Shown here: positions 1 to 12,683 of the stretch, one piece after another
Layout of the letters: the number at the start of each line of letters is the position of its first letter
Position numbering within the stretch: the stretch's first letter is position 1
NCBI GenBank assembly: GCA_030390025.1
Contig: CM059432.1
Span: 44,518,001-44,582,000 of the forward strand
DNA: 64,000 nucleotides
Direction of reading: 5' to 3'
From: Squalus acanthias
Lineage: Eukaryota
Position numbers and translations under genes: made by a program
The notes under the pieces: generated by a model
The model's database searches: none
What the model saw: only the letters and a program-made list of their open reading frames with translations
Told to the model about the DNA's origin: nothing

Positions 1-382
1 AATTAAATTTTTGTTTTAAATGTTTAATTTAATTGTATTTTAATAAATTTTGAACATGTAATGATTTAGTTTTATTTAACTGGTGTGTAATTGTGTTTTT
101 TAGGGGATTCCTATTCATGCCGATAGGGATTCGGTACGTAAATAGAATCCCCATAAGCATAATGGGGACCCCCCTTTTTGATTGGTTGGCCTGGCCCACG
201 TGATCCCAGAGGCGCTTGTGAACCGCGTGCACCCCGGGATACGTGGGCCTTTATACATGCGTACGCGCAGAGGCCCAGGAGCGCAAGTGTTTGAACTTCC
301 GGGACCATTAGATAGGTTCATACTTTTCTTGCGGTTCGGAGGCATTAGCCCGCGGGAAGCCTCCCACCGCAAATTCAGGCCC
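1..382. mobile_element. Right part of a Harbinger-type MITE, same family as 24138-24844
   Basis: Ends GCAAATTCAGGCCC|aat. Aligns by eye with 24500-24844 (AT-rich core, cacgtgatccc, cccgcgggaagcctc). Confidence 0.75.
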
Positions 383-704
383 AATAAAATATAGAACAAA
401 ACTCCTTCTACCCTGCTCCATCCTCAGAAAATCATTCACTAATGCACCAGTAGAGCTTTTCCATTTTAATACACCAAAATTAGGAGAGAGAATAACTCTT
501 CCACTGACTGAGATCACAGCTCATTTACTACATATATATTCTCTGATTGCTGTGGAGGGGAAAGGAATATTATGTCTCATGCCTGTGAGATAAGGATGAC
601 TTGATCACTATACAATTGAACAGTACTGAATTTCATGTGAGCCATCTGAAAGATAAAGCAAAGATGTGTAATGCCAACTGATTCCTGTGTAATGTTAAAT
701 GTTT

Positions 705-2912
705 GGGGGCGATTTTCTCACTGGAGGCGAGATGGAGGTGGGTTTCGGTTTGGGTGGGTTTGAAACCCGCCTCCACTGATAGTTTTCAAAAAATTGTGAT
801 TTTCCCATAATTGGCCACTTGATTTCAGAGGTGTGGGATGCCCTTGGTCAATTAGTGTTTTGGGACTGAAACCCGCCTCTGCTGACATCACTTTTTCAGT
901 CTGATTTTATGGCTTCTTGCTGCTTTGGATCATTCCACAGGATTTGTTGTTTCCCTGTTGGAAAGCATTAAAATGATTTGATGCCAAAATGATGGCGTTA
1001 TGGCATCTGTTCTCTTGCCTCCACCACACTTGCGTCGTCAGGTTGGTGGCCTGAGTGAAAGGAGGCCAGACAGTCATGTCCATTGTCAAAGATGTCTTAG
1101 GATGGAGCCAAGGACATGTGCCAACTTGGGCAACCTATACAAACCTGGCCATGATAAGTTCATCCCTTGCATCCCGGGCAGCTATGTGCTCGCGTGCTGC
1201 CGCTGCTGCTGGTCGATACACCGGCGCTCTGACCTCCTCCTGCTCCTCCTCCTCCTCCTCCACCTCCTCCAGATCCTCCTCCTCCTCATCCTCAGCCTCA
1301 TCTGAGGAGGGCTGGAACTGAGCCACTTGCTCCTCAGGAAGCTACAAGCCACGACGCTGTGTGATGTTGTGCAGTGCACAGCAGACCACGACCATTCTGG
1401 GGACCCTGTATGGTGTATACTGCAGGGCTCCACCTGATCGCTCAAGGCAACGGAAGTGCATCTTCAACAACCCAATAGTTTGCTCGATGATGGACCTGGT
1501 CGAAGTGTGGCTGGCGTTGTAGCGCTCTTCAGCCTCGTTAGCTGGCCTCCTGATCGGCATCATTAGCCACTTCTTCAGGGGGTAGCCCTTGTCACCAAGG
1601 AGCCATCTGTTAAGTTGGTTTGGCGGATTGAAAAGCGGAGGAACACTAGAGTGCCGCAGGATGAAAGAGTTATGGCAACTACCACAGAACTTGGCGCAAA
1701 CATGCAAGAACTCCTTCTTGTGGTTACACACCAGCTGTACGTTGAGGGAGTGGAAGCCCTTGCGGTTGACAAAGATAGCTGGGTTGTGATGGGGTGCCCT
1801 AAGGGCCACATGTGTGCAGTCTATGACGCCCTGCACCATTGGCATGCCTGCCATATTTGCAAAGCCAACCACATGTGCGGTTATACTTGCTTGATCCCTT
1901 GTGAACTGGATGTAATTGTGGGCATTAGCAAAAAGGGCATCGGTAACCTGCGTGATGCAACTGTGGGCGGCCGACTGGGAGATGCTGCTGATATCTGCTG
2001 ATGATCCCTGGAAGGAGCCTGAGGCAAAGAAGTTGAGTGCGGTGGTGACTTTGACAGCCACTGGTAAGGGGTGTCCACCCGTTCCTCTGGGCACCAGGTC
2101 ATTCTGCAGCAGGCCGCAGATCTCTCGGACAACCTCTCGCGAAACTCTCAGCCTCCTTTGGCACTGCTGCTCACTCATGTTGAGGTAGCTCATCCTCTGT
2201 CTGTAAACCCTCTGTCAGGGGTATCTCCTGCGGCGAGGTGCCTCGATGCGCTGGCGCCTTCTGCCCTGTGCAACATCAGGTGGCTGAGCAGGAGGTTGGG
2301 GCTCCTGCTGCTGTTGCTGCTGAGCTGCCTGGTTCTGCCGTGGATGCTCCTCATCCAAATCTGAGGTCCATGGTGACAGAAAACGAATGGTTCCCATGCT
2401 GCTTGCAGATGCCTCCATTGGGGAAGCGCTCATAGCAAACGGGGAGAGGGTCTTCCAAGGAGTTCCCACAGTTGATAGTTTCAAGCTGCAGCACCTCCGA
2501 CTTCGGAAGGCCTTCTAAAAGTGCTCAAACACCTTTTAAAGCAAAGATCTGCCACCTGCAACTAATCCCTGATGAAATAAACAATTTAATGTTGGACTTG
2601 CAGCTCTGAGGAGGCAACCCACTTGTCAACCCGCCCGGTTTAGCTGGCGTGGTTTAGAAGGGTCGTGGAACACGTCAAAATGGTCGAAAAATCACGAGGG
2701 CCTCACAAAATAGGCTTACAGAGGCCCTTAACAAGCATTTAATGATCTTAACTAGCGTTATGCCAGCTGGAGGTGGGACCGTTTCCCAACCTCCAAAACC
2801 GGCACCGGCAAAATCCCGCAGAGGCGCGTTCCGAACCCGCCCTCATTGTTTCTGATTTTCCCGCCTTTCCCGCCTCCAAACCCGCCACCTCGGACGTCAG
2901 AAAATCGTCCCC
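705..2912 (-). mobile_element. PIF/Harbinger element A, transposase-only deletion derivative
   Basis: TIRs GGGGGCGATTTTCT and AGAAAATCGTCCCC. Carries the transposase but no Myb/SANT gene. No clean TSD. Confidence 0.85.
1135..2397 (-). pseudogene. Harbinger (HARBI1-like, DDE_Tnp_4) transposase with two in-frame stops
   Basis: ORFs 2484-2215, 2193-1342 and 1326-1135 share one frame. Motifs [44 protein letters not shown] and an acidic C-tail. Confidence 0.9.
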
Positions 2913-3052
2913 ATGATTTCTGTTTATAATTGTGAAAAGTTGCACTTCCTACATTTCATAATGTTAACTAAGATCTTAACAATTTATAGAATAAATTAAT
3001 GCAGTTTTGTACTGTTACAACGGGAATAAAGGTGAAGTATAAATATTCTTAC

Positions 3053-3161
3053 TCAGTGTTGTTGCTATCAATGGTACGAAACAATTCATGCATCTCTTCT
3101 GCATTCAGGACTCCATCTGTAAAATAAGCCTTGAACTCATCAAAGGACAGCTTGCCATCAT
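3053..3161 (-). CDS. NECAB1: NECAB1 coding exon 3 ([36 protein letters not shown]), EF-hand region
   Basis: Minus strand reads cttatag|ATGATGGCAAGCTG...AACACTGA|gtaag, 109 nt. Phase 1 in matches exon 2; completes the EF-hand loop [12 protein letters not shown]. Confidence 0.93.
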
Positions 3162-3452
3162 CTATAAGCAAAGAAGAGATTTAGCAGTCAAAGCGTGCTA
3201 ATAGCCGTCATCTTCATCAACCTGATTATTTTAAAATCTCTTCACAGTAACGGTGTGTTAAAAATGATGGCTAGACTGAATCAGAACATGCAAAATGGTA
3301 TGAATCTTTCAAAACTATTGAATATTATAACTTGAGACAGATGACTAAAGTATATTAAGTCTGTTTTATAGTAATGGCTGAGGTTGTTATCTTATAGTAT
3401 TTTCCCAATTTTTTTGTTGCCATGGGAATGAACCAAAAGAGGTGATTCTGCA

Positions 3453-4312
3453 TTCATAGAATCATAGAATCATAGAATGATAGACCACAGAAGGAGGCCA
3501 TTCGCCCATTGTACCTGTGCAGGCTCTTTGATAGAGCTATTAGTCCCATTCCCCTGCTCTATCCCCATAGACCTGTACATTTTTTCCCTCCAAGTATTTA
3601 TCCAATTCCCTTTTGAAAGTTACTATTGAATCTGCTTCCGATACCCTTTCAGGCAGTGTATTCCAGATCACAACAACTCGCTGTGTAAAAAAATGTTTCC
3701 TCATGTTGTCTCTGGTTCTTTTGCCAGTCACCTTAAATCTGTGTCTTCTGGTTGCACTCTTGGCTGGCCTCCCACATTCCACCCTACGTAAACTTGAGGT
3801 CATCCAAAACTCGGCTGCCTGTGTCCTAACTCGCACCAAGTCCCGTCCGCCCATCTCCCCTGTGCTCGCTGACCTACATTGGCTCTCGGTTAAGCAGCGT
3901 CTCGATTTCAAAATTCTCATCCTTGTTTTCAAATCCCTCCATGGCCTCGCCCCTCCCTATCTCTGTAATCTCCTTCAGCCCCAAAACCCCCCGAGATATC
4001 GGCACTCCTCTAATTCTGCCCTCTTGAGCATCCCTGATTATAATCACTCATTGCTGATGTTGTTGTTGGTTGCTGACCCTTCTGCCACTGGAAACAGTTT
4101 CTCCTTATTTACCGTTCATAATTTTGATCACCTCTATCAAATCTCCTCTTAACCTTCTCAGCTCTAAGGAGAACAACCCTAGATTCTCCAGTCTCTCCAC
4201 AGAACTGAAGTCCCTCATCCCGGGTACCATTCTCGTAAATCTCTTCTGCGCCCTCGCTAAGGCTCTGACATCCTTTCTAAAGTGTGGTGCCCAAAATTAA
4301 ACACAATACATA
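3453..4312 (-). mobile_element. CR1 LINE 3' end; continues at 9794-10085
   Basis: (ATAGAATC)n tail and FFTQRVV..WNTLP..FKRELD on the minus strand. The RT sequence resumes after the L2/Harbinger nest. Confidence 0.85.
3756..4066 (+). mobile_element. L2 LINE fragment inserted in CR1
   Basis: LLAGLPHSTLRKLEVIQNSAA...LHWL..RLDFKIL, a (TGT)n tail, and TSD TGGTTGC (3749-3755 / 4067-4073). Confidence 0.8.
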
Positions 4313-4682
4313 ACCTACAACAAAAACAACAACTTTTATTTATATAGCACCTTTAATGTAGTAAAATGTCCCAAAGCACTTCACAGGAGTATTAAAAGAC
4401 AAAGGGCTGGATTTTGATACTGGGGTGGGTTGGGGTCGTGTTATCCGCTTTTCGTGTTGCCCAACCGAATCTAGATCGATGTGGGAGAATGATGCGATTT
4501 TAACTTAATTGGCCAATTGAGTTCCAACGTGTGGGAACCCATGGCCAATGAGTTATTGCAGTCTGAAAGTTGCCTCTGATGACATCATCATTGCTGCTGC
4601 ATTTAAGGTCTGCAACAAGCCTTGCTTCTTCTGCAGACTGCCAAACTTTTGGACTTGTATCTTAGAGGCAACTGCAGGAGGA

Positions 4683-7199
4683 ATGGCCAGCCAAAGACCC
4701 AGGTCTGCTCCCAGGTTCGATGACGTTGCCCTGCAAGCTTTAGTGGAGGGAGCAAGAGCCAACAAAGAGGTGCTCTTCCCTTCCTCAGGGAGGAAGAAGC
4801 CTCCCCAGCAGACCAAGGCTGTGTGGGTCCAGGTCGCCCAGGAGGTCAACTCTTTATCCATAACCCGCAGAACCTGGCTCCAGTGCAGGAAAAGGTTTCA
4901 TGACCTTCTACGCACTGCAAAAGTGAGTATGACTTTCCCTTCACCCTCAATCTGATCCCCATTGCCTCTCCTCACCAGCACTTAGCTTTAGCAACCTCTT
5001 CCTCCATATCCCACTTGACACTGACATCCATGCCCCCTTACCCATTCCCTCTCCCTCTATGATCACATTCCTGTTAATATTCGACTATGCAGCCCTCACA
5101 CTCCCTATCACTGTCATGCTATGAAAACAACTTACAACACACAGGGAGGGCCCTTGGTCTTGCCACCTCACTCCATCTTTGTCTCCTTCTAAGCATATAT
5201 GCTATGGATTCTCTACACTCACTCCTTCAATCTCACTCAAACTCTATTTGTCTCCCTCATTGCAGGAAAAGAGAGCTCACAATAAAAGGAAAAGAGCCAG
5301 GACAGGAGGAGGGCCACCCTCATTAGCCCAGCTCACCCCCTGGGAGGATGTGGTCCTGGAGATCGTGGGAGTGAAGGACGATACGCAAGTGGGGGACGGA
5401 CAGACGGGTGCATCACAGCAAGCTGGTGACAGAATAGTGTTCCATCTCTCTCATTGACATTGCATGAGTCGCTGATATTGGCCCAGAAATTGATCTCGCT
5501 CTGTTCCCGCGGGGGTAAGGCTTCCCCGCGATCTCTCACTCCGCGTTGGCTTTTTCAGATCCAGCTCGCACGAACTTGATGTTCCAGACATCAGCTGGGC
5601 AGTGCTTGCGTATCCCACCGGCGTAGTGAATTCGTGCGAGCTGTGGGATCACGTGACTCAGTTAGAGCCAATGGCAGCACACCATCTTCCATTCATAAGT
5701 TTCACATACGTGCTCTGAAATCTATGAATCTTACACCCCCCCAAAATAACAGCTAAACCTCAATTAAATTTTAAAAAAAAACCATCACATTAATAAAATA
5801 AGTATAGTTAAATAAATTAACCATTTTAAATAAAAAATTAAATTTTTGAAAAAATTTAAAATCTTTTAAAAAGTTATAAAAATAAACTTACCTGTCTTTA
5901 AAGTCTCTAAAAAAGATATACCTGTTAAAAAAAAATCAAAAAAATACTTAATTCACTACTTACCTTGTTAAAAGTGGGTCTTACTCCTCCTTTTTCCATT
6001 TCTAAAATCTTCCGTCCTTACCTGCGCGTCCAAAGCACGAAGTGCACAGTGCACCGAGGAACCGCCCCCTTTTCAAAAGACCAAGTGCCGGTTTTCAGCG
6101 CATGCGCAGGGCATGCAGAAAACCGGCAATTGGAGAGAGAATACGCAAGAGTACGCAGTGCGTACTCTCGCGCAGCGGGATGAATTTTTGGCCCAATGAA
6201 TCTGAAGCTCTAACAGATGGATTTATGATGATCTGCAATATGCAATGTGCATGTAACCTTGGCATCACATCTCTGACTCTTTCCTTTACTCCCCCACAGG
6301 ACCATCGAAAGCCCCCGTCCCCACTATCCAGGAGGAAGAGCCTGAGCATCCAGACACCTCAGAGGAAGCTGCAACCTCTGAGGGCACAGCGTCATCAGAA
6401 TTCAGTGCACCCAGCACCAACGCAGAGACTCACACCTCGGTGGGACCCTCAGGACATAGAGTAGTGTTGTCACCTGGTGTATCACAGCTCACAAGTGAGC
6501 ATCAGCAAATGGTGGAGACAGGGACAGCAGTGGAGAGTCCTAGTCAGAGGGCGCAGGACTCTGCCAGCTCGGCTCAGCTGCATGTCGACCCTCTGCCTCT
6601 GGGTCCATCCACAAGATCAGCGGTGCTGGAACTCCAGGAACAGATGCAGGAGTCTCTGGCAGGTTTTGTCTCCAGCGTCGCTGCGAGTGTGGAGCGAATG
6701 GAGGAGTCCATTGCGAACATGAGCAGAGCCTTTGTGGCATCATTGGCGCATGAACGCATCACCACGGAAAGAATGGCAACCTCTGTGCAAATGATGGCAA
6801 CCTCCGTCGAAAGGGTGGCTACAGGATGTGCAGCAAGGTGCTCTCAATCCACTTGCAAGTGCTGAGGTGGAACTGACCCATGAGAGGGATGATGGTGGCA
6901 GAGAACAAGGAGGTGGGGGCTCCTCTCCAAGCGCTCACACTTCCATGCCACTGACAAGTCCTCGGTCAGAGCCCCACCAGAGTCTGCACCCAACTGAGAT
7001 CGGCGTCTCAACCCCTGCACAGCCGCAGGAGCAGCAGACTGTTGGCAAGCCCTCACAGGTTCGCAACCCCAGAGGACGCCCGCCAAAGGTGTCGAGACAG
7101 GAGCAGCAACAAACTGAGCAGGGGGCCTCCACCTCTGCTGAAGCCACAGGGGAAGCACCACGTAGGAGCACACGTAAGAGAAAGATACTGCACAAATAG
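4683..7199 (+). pseudogene. Harbinger B Myb/SANT-like DNA-binding gene; exons 4683-4922, 5266-5425, 6300-7199
   Basis: RAPRF-like start RSAPRFDDVALQALV...W..VA..VNS...RTWLQCRKRFHDL. GT/AG junctions in phases 0 and 1 join the frames (EKRAHN..RTGGGPP). One frameshift near 6825. Confidence 0.85.
5480..6194. mobile_element. Harbinger-type MITE nested in intron 2 of the element B Myb gene
   Basis: 21-bp imperfect TIR GGCCCAGAAATTGATCTCGCT / AGCGGGATGAATTTTTGGCCC, AT-rich core, flanks ATT and AAT. Confidence 0.8.
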
Positions 7200-7456
7200 T
7201 CACAAGGGTAGTCACTTGGGTGAAATTTGATGTTTAATGTAAAAAAGCCATCAGATGTTCAGTGTAAATAAAAACTCTGATGGCTACTGCTGCAGTTGTG
7301 GCGTCTGTCATTTCGCTAATGGGACTCCCACAATGAGGCCTTAGGATAACTTGCAATTGTCAGTACGGTGGTCAAATTGTTAGGGATCCGCTGGTTCTTG
7401 GCCATTGTCGAAGCTCTGGTAAGAAGCTGCAAGGCAAAAGTGCTTGACTGTCTAGG

Positions 7457-8681
7457 CTAAGCAAATCTGGCCAAGATGAGTGTGTTCCTTGCATTCCAGG
7501 CAGCTATGGTCTTGCGTAATGCTGCCGCTGGTTGATGGGCCTCTGCAAGATGTTCATTCTCTCTCTCCTCCTCCTCCTCCTCCTCCTCATCTGAGGAGCC
7601 ACTTGGTCCTCCGGCATCTGCAAGCCACGACGCTGTGCCATGTTGTGAAGTGCACAGCAAACCACGACGATTCTGGAGACCCTGGCTGCTAAGTATTGCA
7701 GGGCTCCACCTGATCTATCCAGGCATCTGAAGCGCATCTTCAGCATACCAATGGTTTGCTCGATTATGGCTCTGGTGGAAATGTGGCTGGAGTTGTAGCT
7801 CTCCTCAGCTGTGTTGGATGGACTCCTCAATGGCGTCATTAGCCACGTCTCAGGGGATAGCCCTTGTCTCTAAATAGCCATCCGTTAAGTTGGTCTGGCG
7901 GTCTGAATAGCGGAGGCACACTAGACTGGCGCAGTATGAAGGAGTCATGGCAACTGCCAGAGTACTTGGCACAAACATGCAAAACTTCCTTCTTGTGGTC
8001 ACACACCAGCTGAACGTTGAGGGAGTGGAAGCCCTTGCGGTTGACAAAAATACCTGGATTGCGATGGGGAGCCTTAAGGGCCACATGTGTGCAGTCAACG
8101 ACGCCCTGCACCCTTGGAAAGCCTGCCAGATTAGCTAATCCAACCGCACGCGCCGTGACACTTGCTCGATCCTTGGTGAAATGGATGTGATTGTGCACGA
8201 TGGCAAAGAGGGCATCGGTTACCTGCGTAATGCAGGTGTGTGCGGCCGCCTGGGAGATGCCGCTGATGTCTGCTGCTGATCCCTGGAATGAGCCTGAGGC
8301 AAAAGAGTTTAGTGCGGTTGTGACTTTGACGGCCACTGGTAAGGGGTGTCCACCTGGTCCTCTGGGCTCCAGGTCTTGTTGCAGCATTGCACAGATGTCA
8401 CCCACTACCTCTCGCGAAAGACGGAGCCACCTTTGGCACTGCTGCTCAGACATGTTGAGGTAGCTGACCCTGTGTCTGTAGACCCTGTTTGGGGGGTATC
8501 TCCTGTGCCGACGGCCTTCCATGTGCTGGCCCCTTCTGGCCTGTGCAGTTTCAGGCAGGTGAGCAGCAGCTTGGCGCTCCTGTTTTTGCTGCTGCCGTTG
8601 TTGTTCATGGTTCTGCTGGTGCCGCGGCTGGTGTTCGTCCTCATCTGATGCCCAGAAGGGAAGGAAATAAATGGCTCCCAT
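7457..8681 (-). pseudogene. Harbinger B transposase, two frameshifts
   Basis: ORFs 8717-7839, 7839-7504 and 7660-7457. Motifs [15 protein letters not shown], (R)DKGY, IEQTIGMLK; close paralogue of the element A transposase. Confidence 0.9.
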
Positions 8682-9793
8682 GCTTCTGGTATATGCCTCA
8701 GTTGAGGAAGCGCTCAATGAAGGTGGCGAGAGAGGTTTCCCAGGAGGTCACACTGGAGATGGATGTCAGGCTCAAAACTTCCAGAGCTGTGGTTATGCCT
8801 TCTAAAAGTTCCCCCAGACCTGTGACAATAAAGTTCTGCCACCTGCAAATGATGGCTGATCAAATCTCCTATTTAATGGTTGAGCTGCAGTGGATAGTCA
8901 GCAATCCACTTGTGCTCCCGCCAGGTTTCACCGGCGTGTTTCAGATCAGGCGTGCTTCACGTGGGAAAAGAGTTAAACTAGCAAATAACTATCAAAATGG
9001 CATTACAGAGCCAATTTAGGGCTTGTTAAGGGCATTAACGGCCTCTCCCGCCTCTTGGAGGCAGGATGGAGACGGGACCAGTAGACACGATTTCATCAAA
9101 ATTGCGTGGAGGCGGGTTTGGGCCCGCCTGCCAGTTTCTGCAATTTTAACCCCCCACACGCCTCCAAACCCGCCTCAACGGCTCTATGAAAATACAGCCC
9201 AAAATATTTGACACCGATCCACATAAGGATAAATTAGGGCAGGTGACCAAAAGCTTGGTCAAAGAGGTAGGTTTTAAGGAGCATCTTTAAAGAGGAAAGA
9301 GAGGTAGTGAGGCAGAGAGTTTTAGGCAGGGAATTCCAGAGCTTAGGGCCTAGGCAACAGAAGGCACGGCCACCAATGGTTGAGCGATTATAATCAGGGA
9401 TGCTCAAGAGGGCAGAAATCTCGGGGGGTTGTGGGGCTGAAGGAGATTACAGAGATAGGGAGGGGCGAGGCCATGGAGGGATTTGAAAACAAGGATGAGA
9501 ATTTTGAAATCGAGGCGCTGCTTAACCAGGAGCCAATGTAAGTCATTGAGCACAGGGGTGATGGGCGAACGGGACTTGGTGTGAGTTAGGACACGGACAG
9601 CCGAGTTTTGGATGACCTCAAGTTTACGTAGGGTGGAATGTGGGAGGCCAGCCAGGAGTGCGTTGGATTAATCAAGTATAAAGGTAACAAAGGCATGGAT
9701 GAGGGTTTCAGCAGCGGATGAGCTGAGGCAAGGGCGGAGACGGGCGATGTTACAGAGGTGGAATTAGGTGGTCTTTGTTATGCTGCGGACCTA

Positions 9794-10085
9794 AGACCTA
9801 AACGTGTTTTATAAAGGTTTAGCATAACTTCCTGGCTTTTGTACTCTATGCCTCTAGTAATAAAGCCAAGGATCCCATATGCTTATTTAACAGCCTTCGC
9901 AACTTGTCTTGCCACCATCAAAGGTGTCTCTGTTCCTGGTCACCATTTAAAATTGTATCATTTAGTTTATATTGCTTCTCCTCATTCTTCCTACTAAAAT
10001 GTATCATTTCACACTTCTCTACATTAAATTTCAGCTGTCACGTGTCTACCCATTTCACCAGTCTCTCTATGTCCTCCTGAAGTTA
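9794..10085 (-). mobile_element. Continuation of the CR1 at 3453-4312
   Basis: RT-region sequence resumes where the 4312 piece stops. Confidence 0.7.
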
Positions 10086-12683
10086 CACAGAATGACATAG
10101 AATATACAGCACAGAAACAGGCCATTCGGCCCAATCAGTCCATGCTGATGTTTAAGCCCCACTCGAGCCTCAGAAGGCAGTGAGACCAGATAGCTGTGGT
10201 AGTCAATGCCAGGAGTCAAGCCCCAAGCCGCAAAAAGTTCAATGACCTCACACGCAGGGTCAAAATCCTGGAACTCCCTACCTAACAGCACTGTGGGAGT
10301 ACCTTCACCACAAGGACCTGTTGCGGAGGGTTTAAACTAATTTGGCAGGGGGATGGGCACCAGGATGTAACATTAGAAAGGGGAACTAAAGTGCTCAAAG
10401 GATTGGGAGAGGCAGAGAGCACTAAAGTAAGAAATAGTAAGGTTTTGTGCGGGGGGTTTGGGAGTCAATCTAAGAGAGAATACAGGATGGTCTAAGATGG
10501 GTTTACAGTGTCTGTATGTGAACGCATGAAGCGTAGTAAACAAGGTAAATGAGCTGCAGGCACAAATAGTCACATGGGAATATGATGTTGTGGCAATAAC
10601 TGAGACCTGGTTCAAAAAAGGCCAGGATTGGGTATTAAATATTCCTGGTTATAAAGTGTTCAGGAAAGATAGGGAAGGGAAGACAGGTGGTGGTGTGGCA
10701 GTATTGGTCAAGGAGAATGTTACAGTGCTGGAGAGGAATCATGTCCTGGAGGGGTCAAGGACAGAATCTATATGGCTAGAGTTAAGAAATAATAGAGGTG
10801 CCATTACACTACTAGGTATATTCTATAGACCACCAAATAGTGGGAAAGATATGGAGGAGCAAATTTGCAGAGAAATTACAGAGAGGTTCAAGAACTATAG
10901 AGTAGTAGTAATGGGGGACTTCAATTATCCTAATATAGACTGGGATCGTAACAGTGTTAACGGCAGAAAAGGGGAAGAATTTCTGAAGTGTGTTCAGGAG
11001 AACTTTCTTAATCAGTATGTTTCCAGGTAGGTAGGTCAAGTGGAGCAAGTGTCAGTAGGTAAACATTTAGGGAACAGTGATCATAGTATCATCAGGTTTA
11101 GATTAGCTATGGAAAAGGACAGGGAGCAATCTAGAGTAAAAATGTTTAACTGGGGGAAGGCCAATTTCAGTGGGATGAGAACGGATCTGGCCCGGGTAAA
11201 CTGGAATCAAAGATTGGCAGGCAAAACTGTAATGGAACAATGGGCTGCCTTTAAAGAGCAAATAGTTCAGGTACAGTTGGGGTACATTCCCACGAAGGGG
11301 AAAGGCAGGGCAACTAAAGTCAGGGCTCCCTAGATGACCAAAGAGATAGAGAATATGATGAAGCAGAAAAAGAGCGCGTATGACAGATGTCAGGTTGCAA
11401 ATACATCTGAGAATCAGGCTATATATAGAAAGGTCAGAGGAGATGTGAAAAAGAAAATAAGAGGGGCAAAGAGAGGATATGAGAATAGAATGGCAGCCAA
11501 CATAAAAGGTAATCCAAAAGTCTTCTATAGGCATATAAATAGTAAAAGGGTAGTAAGAAGAGGGGTGAGGCTGATTAGGGACCAAAAAGGAGACCTATGC
11601 ATGGAGGCAGAGGGTATGGCTGAGGTACTAAATGAGAACTTTGCATCTGTCTTCACCAAGGAAGAGGATGCTGCCATAGACATAGTAAAGGAGGAGGTAG
11701 TGGAGACACTTGATAGAATAAAAATTGATAAAGAGGAGGTATTAAAAAGGCTGACTGTACTTAAAGTAGATAAGTCACCAGGAGTGGATGGGATGCATCC
11801 TAGGATGCTGAGGGAATTGAGGGAGGAAATTGCGGAGGTACTGGCCATTATATTCCAATCCTCCTTAGATACAGGGGTGGTGCCAGAGGACTGGAGAATT
11901 GTAAATGTTACACCATTGTTCAAAAAATGGTGTAAAGATAAAACCCAACAACTACAGTCCAGTCAGTTTGACCTCAGTAGTGGGGAAGTTTTTAGAAACA
12001 ATAATCAGGGACAAAATTAACAGTCACTTGGACAAGTGTGGATTAATTAAGGAAAGCCAGCACAGATTTGTTAAAGGCAAATCATGTTTAACTAACTTGA
12101 TTGAGTTTTTTGATGAGGTAACAGAGAGGGTTGATGAGGGTAATGCAGTTGACATAGTGTACATGGATTTCCAAAAGATGTTCGACAAAGTGCCACATAA
12201 TAGGCTTGCCAGCAAAGTTGAAGCCCATGGAATAAAAGGGACAGTGGCGGCATGGATATGGAATGGGCTAAGTGGCAGGAAACAGAGAGCAGTGGTGAAC
12301 AGTTGTTTTTCGGACTGGAGGAAGGTATACAGTGGTGTTCCCCAGGGGTCAGTTCTAGGAACACTGATTTTCTTGATATATATTAATGACTTGGATGTGG
12401 GTGTACAGGGCACAATTTCAAAATTTGCAGTTGACACAAAACCTGGAAGTATAGTGAACAGTGAGGAGGAGAGTGATAGACTTCAGGAAGGCATAGACAG
12501 GCTGGTGAAATGGGTGGACACGTGGCAGATGAAATTTAACGCAGAAAAGTGTGAAGTGATACATTTTGGTAGAAAGAATGAGGAGTGGACATATAAACTA
12601 AATGGTACAGTACTGAGGAGGGTGCAGGAACAGAGAGACCTGGGGGTATGTGTGCACAAATTGTTGAAGGTGGCAGGGCAGTT

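Larger units (their letters stand above)
4404..9200. mobile_element. Near-complete PIF/Harbinger element B (Myb/SANT gene on +, transposase on -)
   Basis: TIRs GGGCTGGATTTT and AAAATACAGCCC, 3-bp TSD AAA, two convergent genes. Confidence 0.93.
4318..9788 (-). mobile_element. L2 LINE 3' portion, split by Harbinger B (pieces 4318-4403 and 9201-9788)
   Basis: (CAA)n tail at 4318; the sequence is continuous across element B (…aagacaaa|aaaatatttgacacc…). Probable TSD ACCTA (4313-4317 / 9789-9793). Confidence 0.85.

Noticed and set aside
1342..2193. Host gene HARBI1
   Set aside because: Enclosed by TIRs, multi-copy in the window and interrupted by stops, so it is a transposon copy and not the domesticated gene.
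1..3052. NECAB1 exon 4 (expected short exon continuing EF-hand 2)
   Set aside because: No matching AG/GT-bounded sequence found by eye; it probably lies left of the window.
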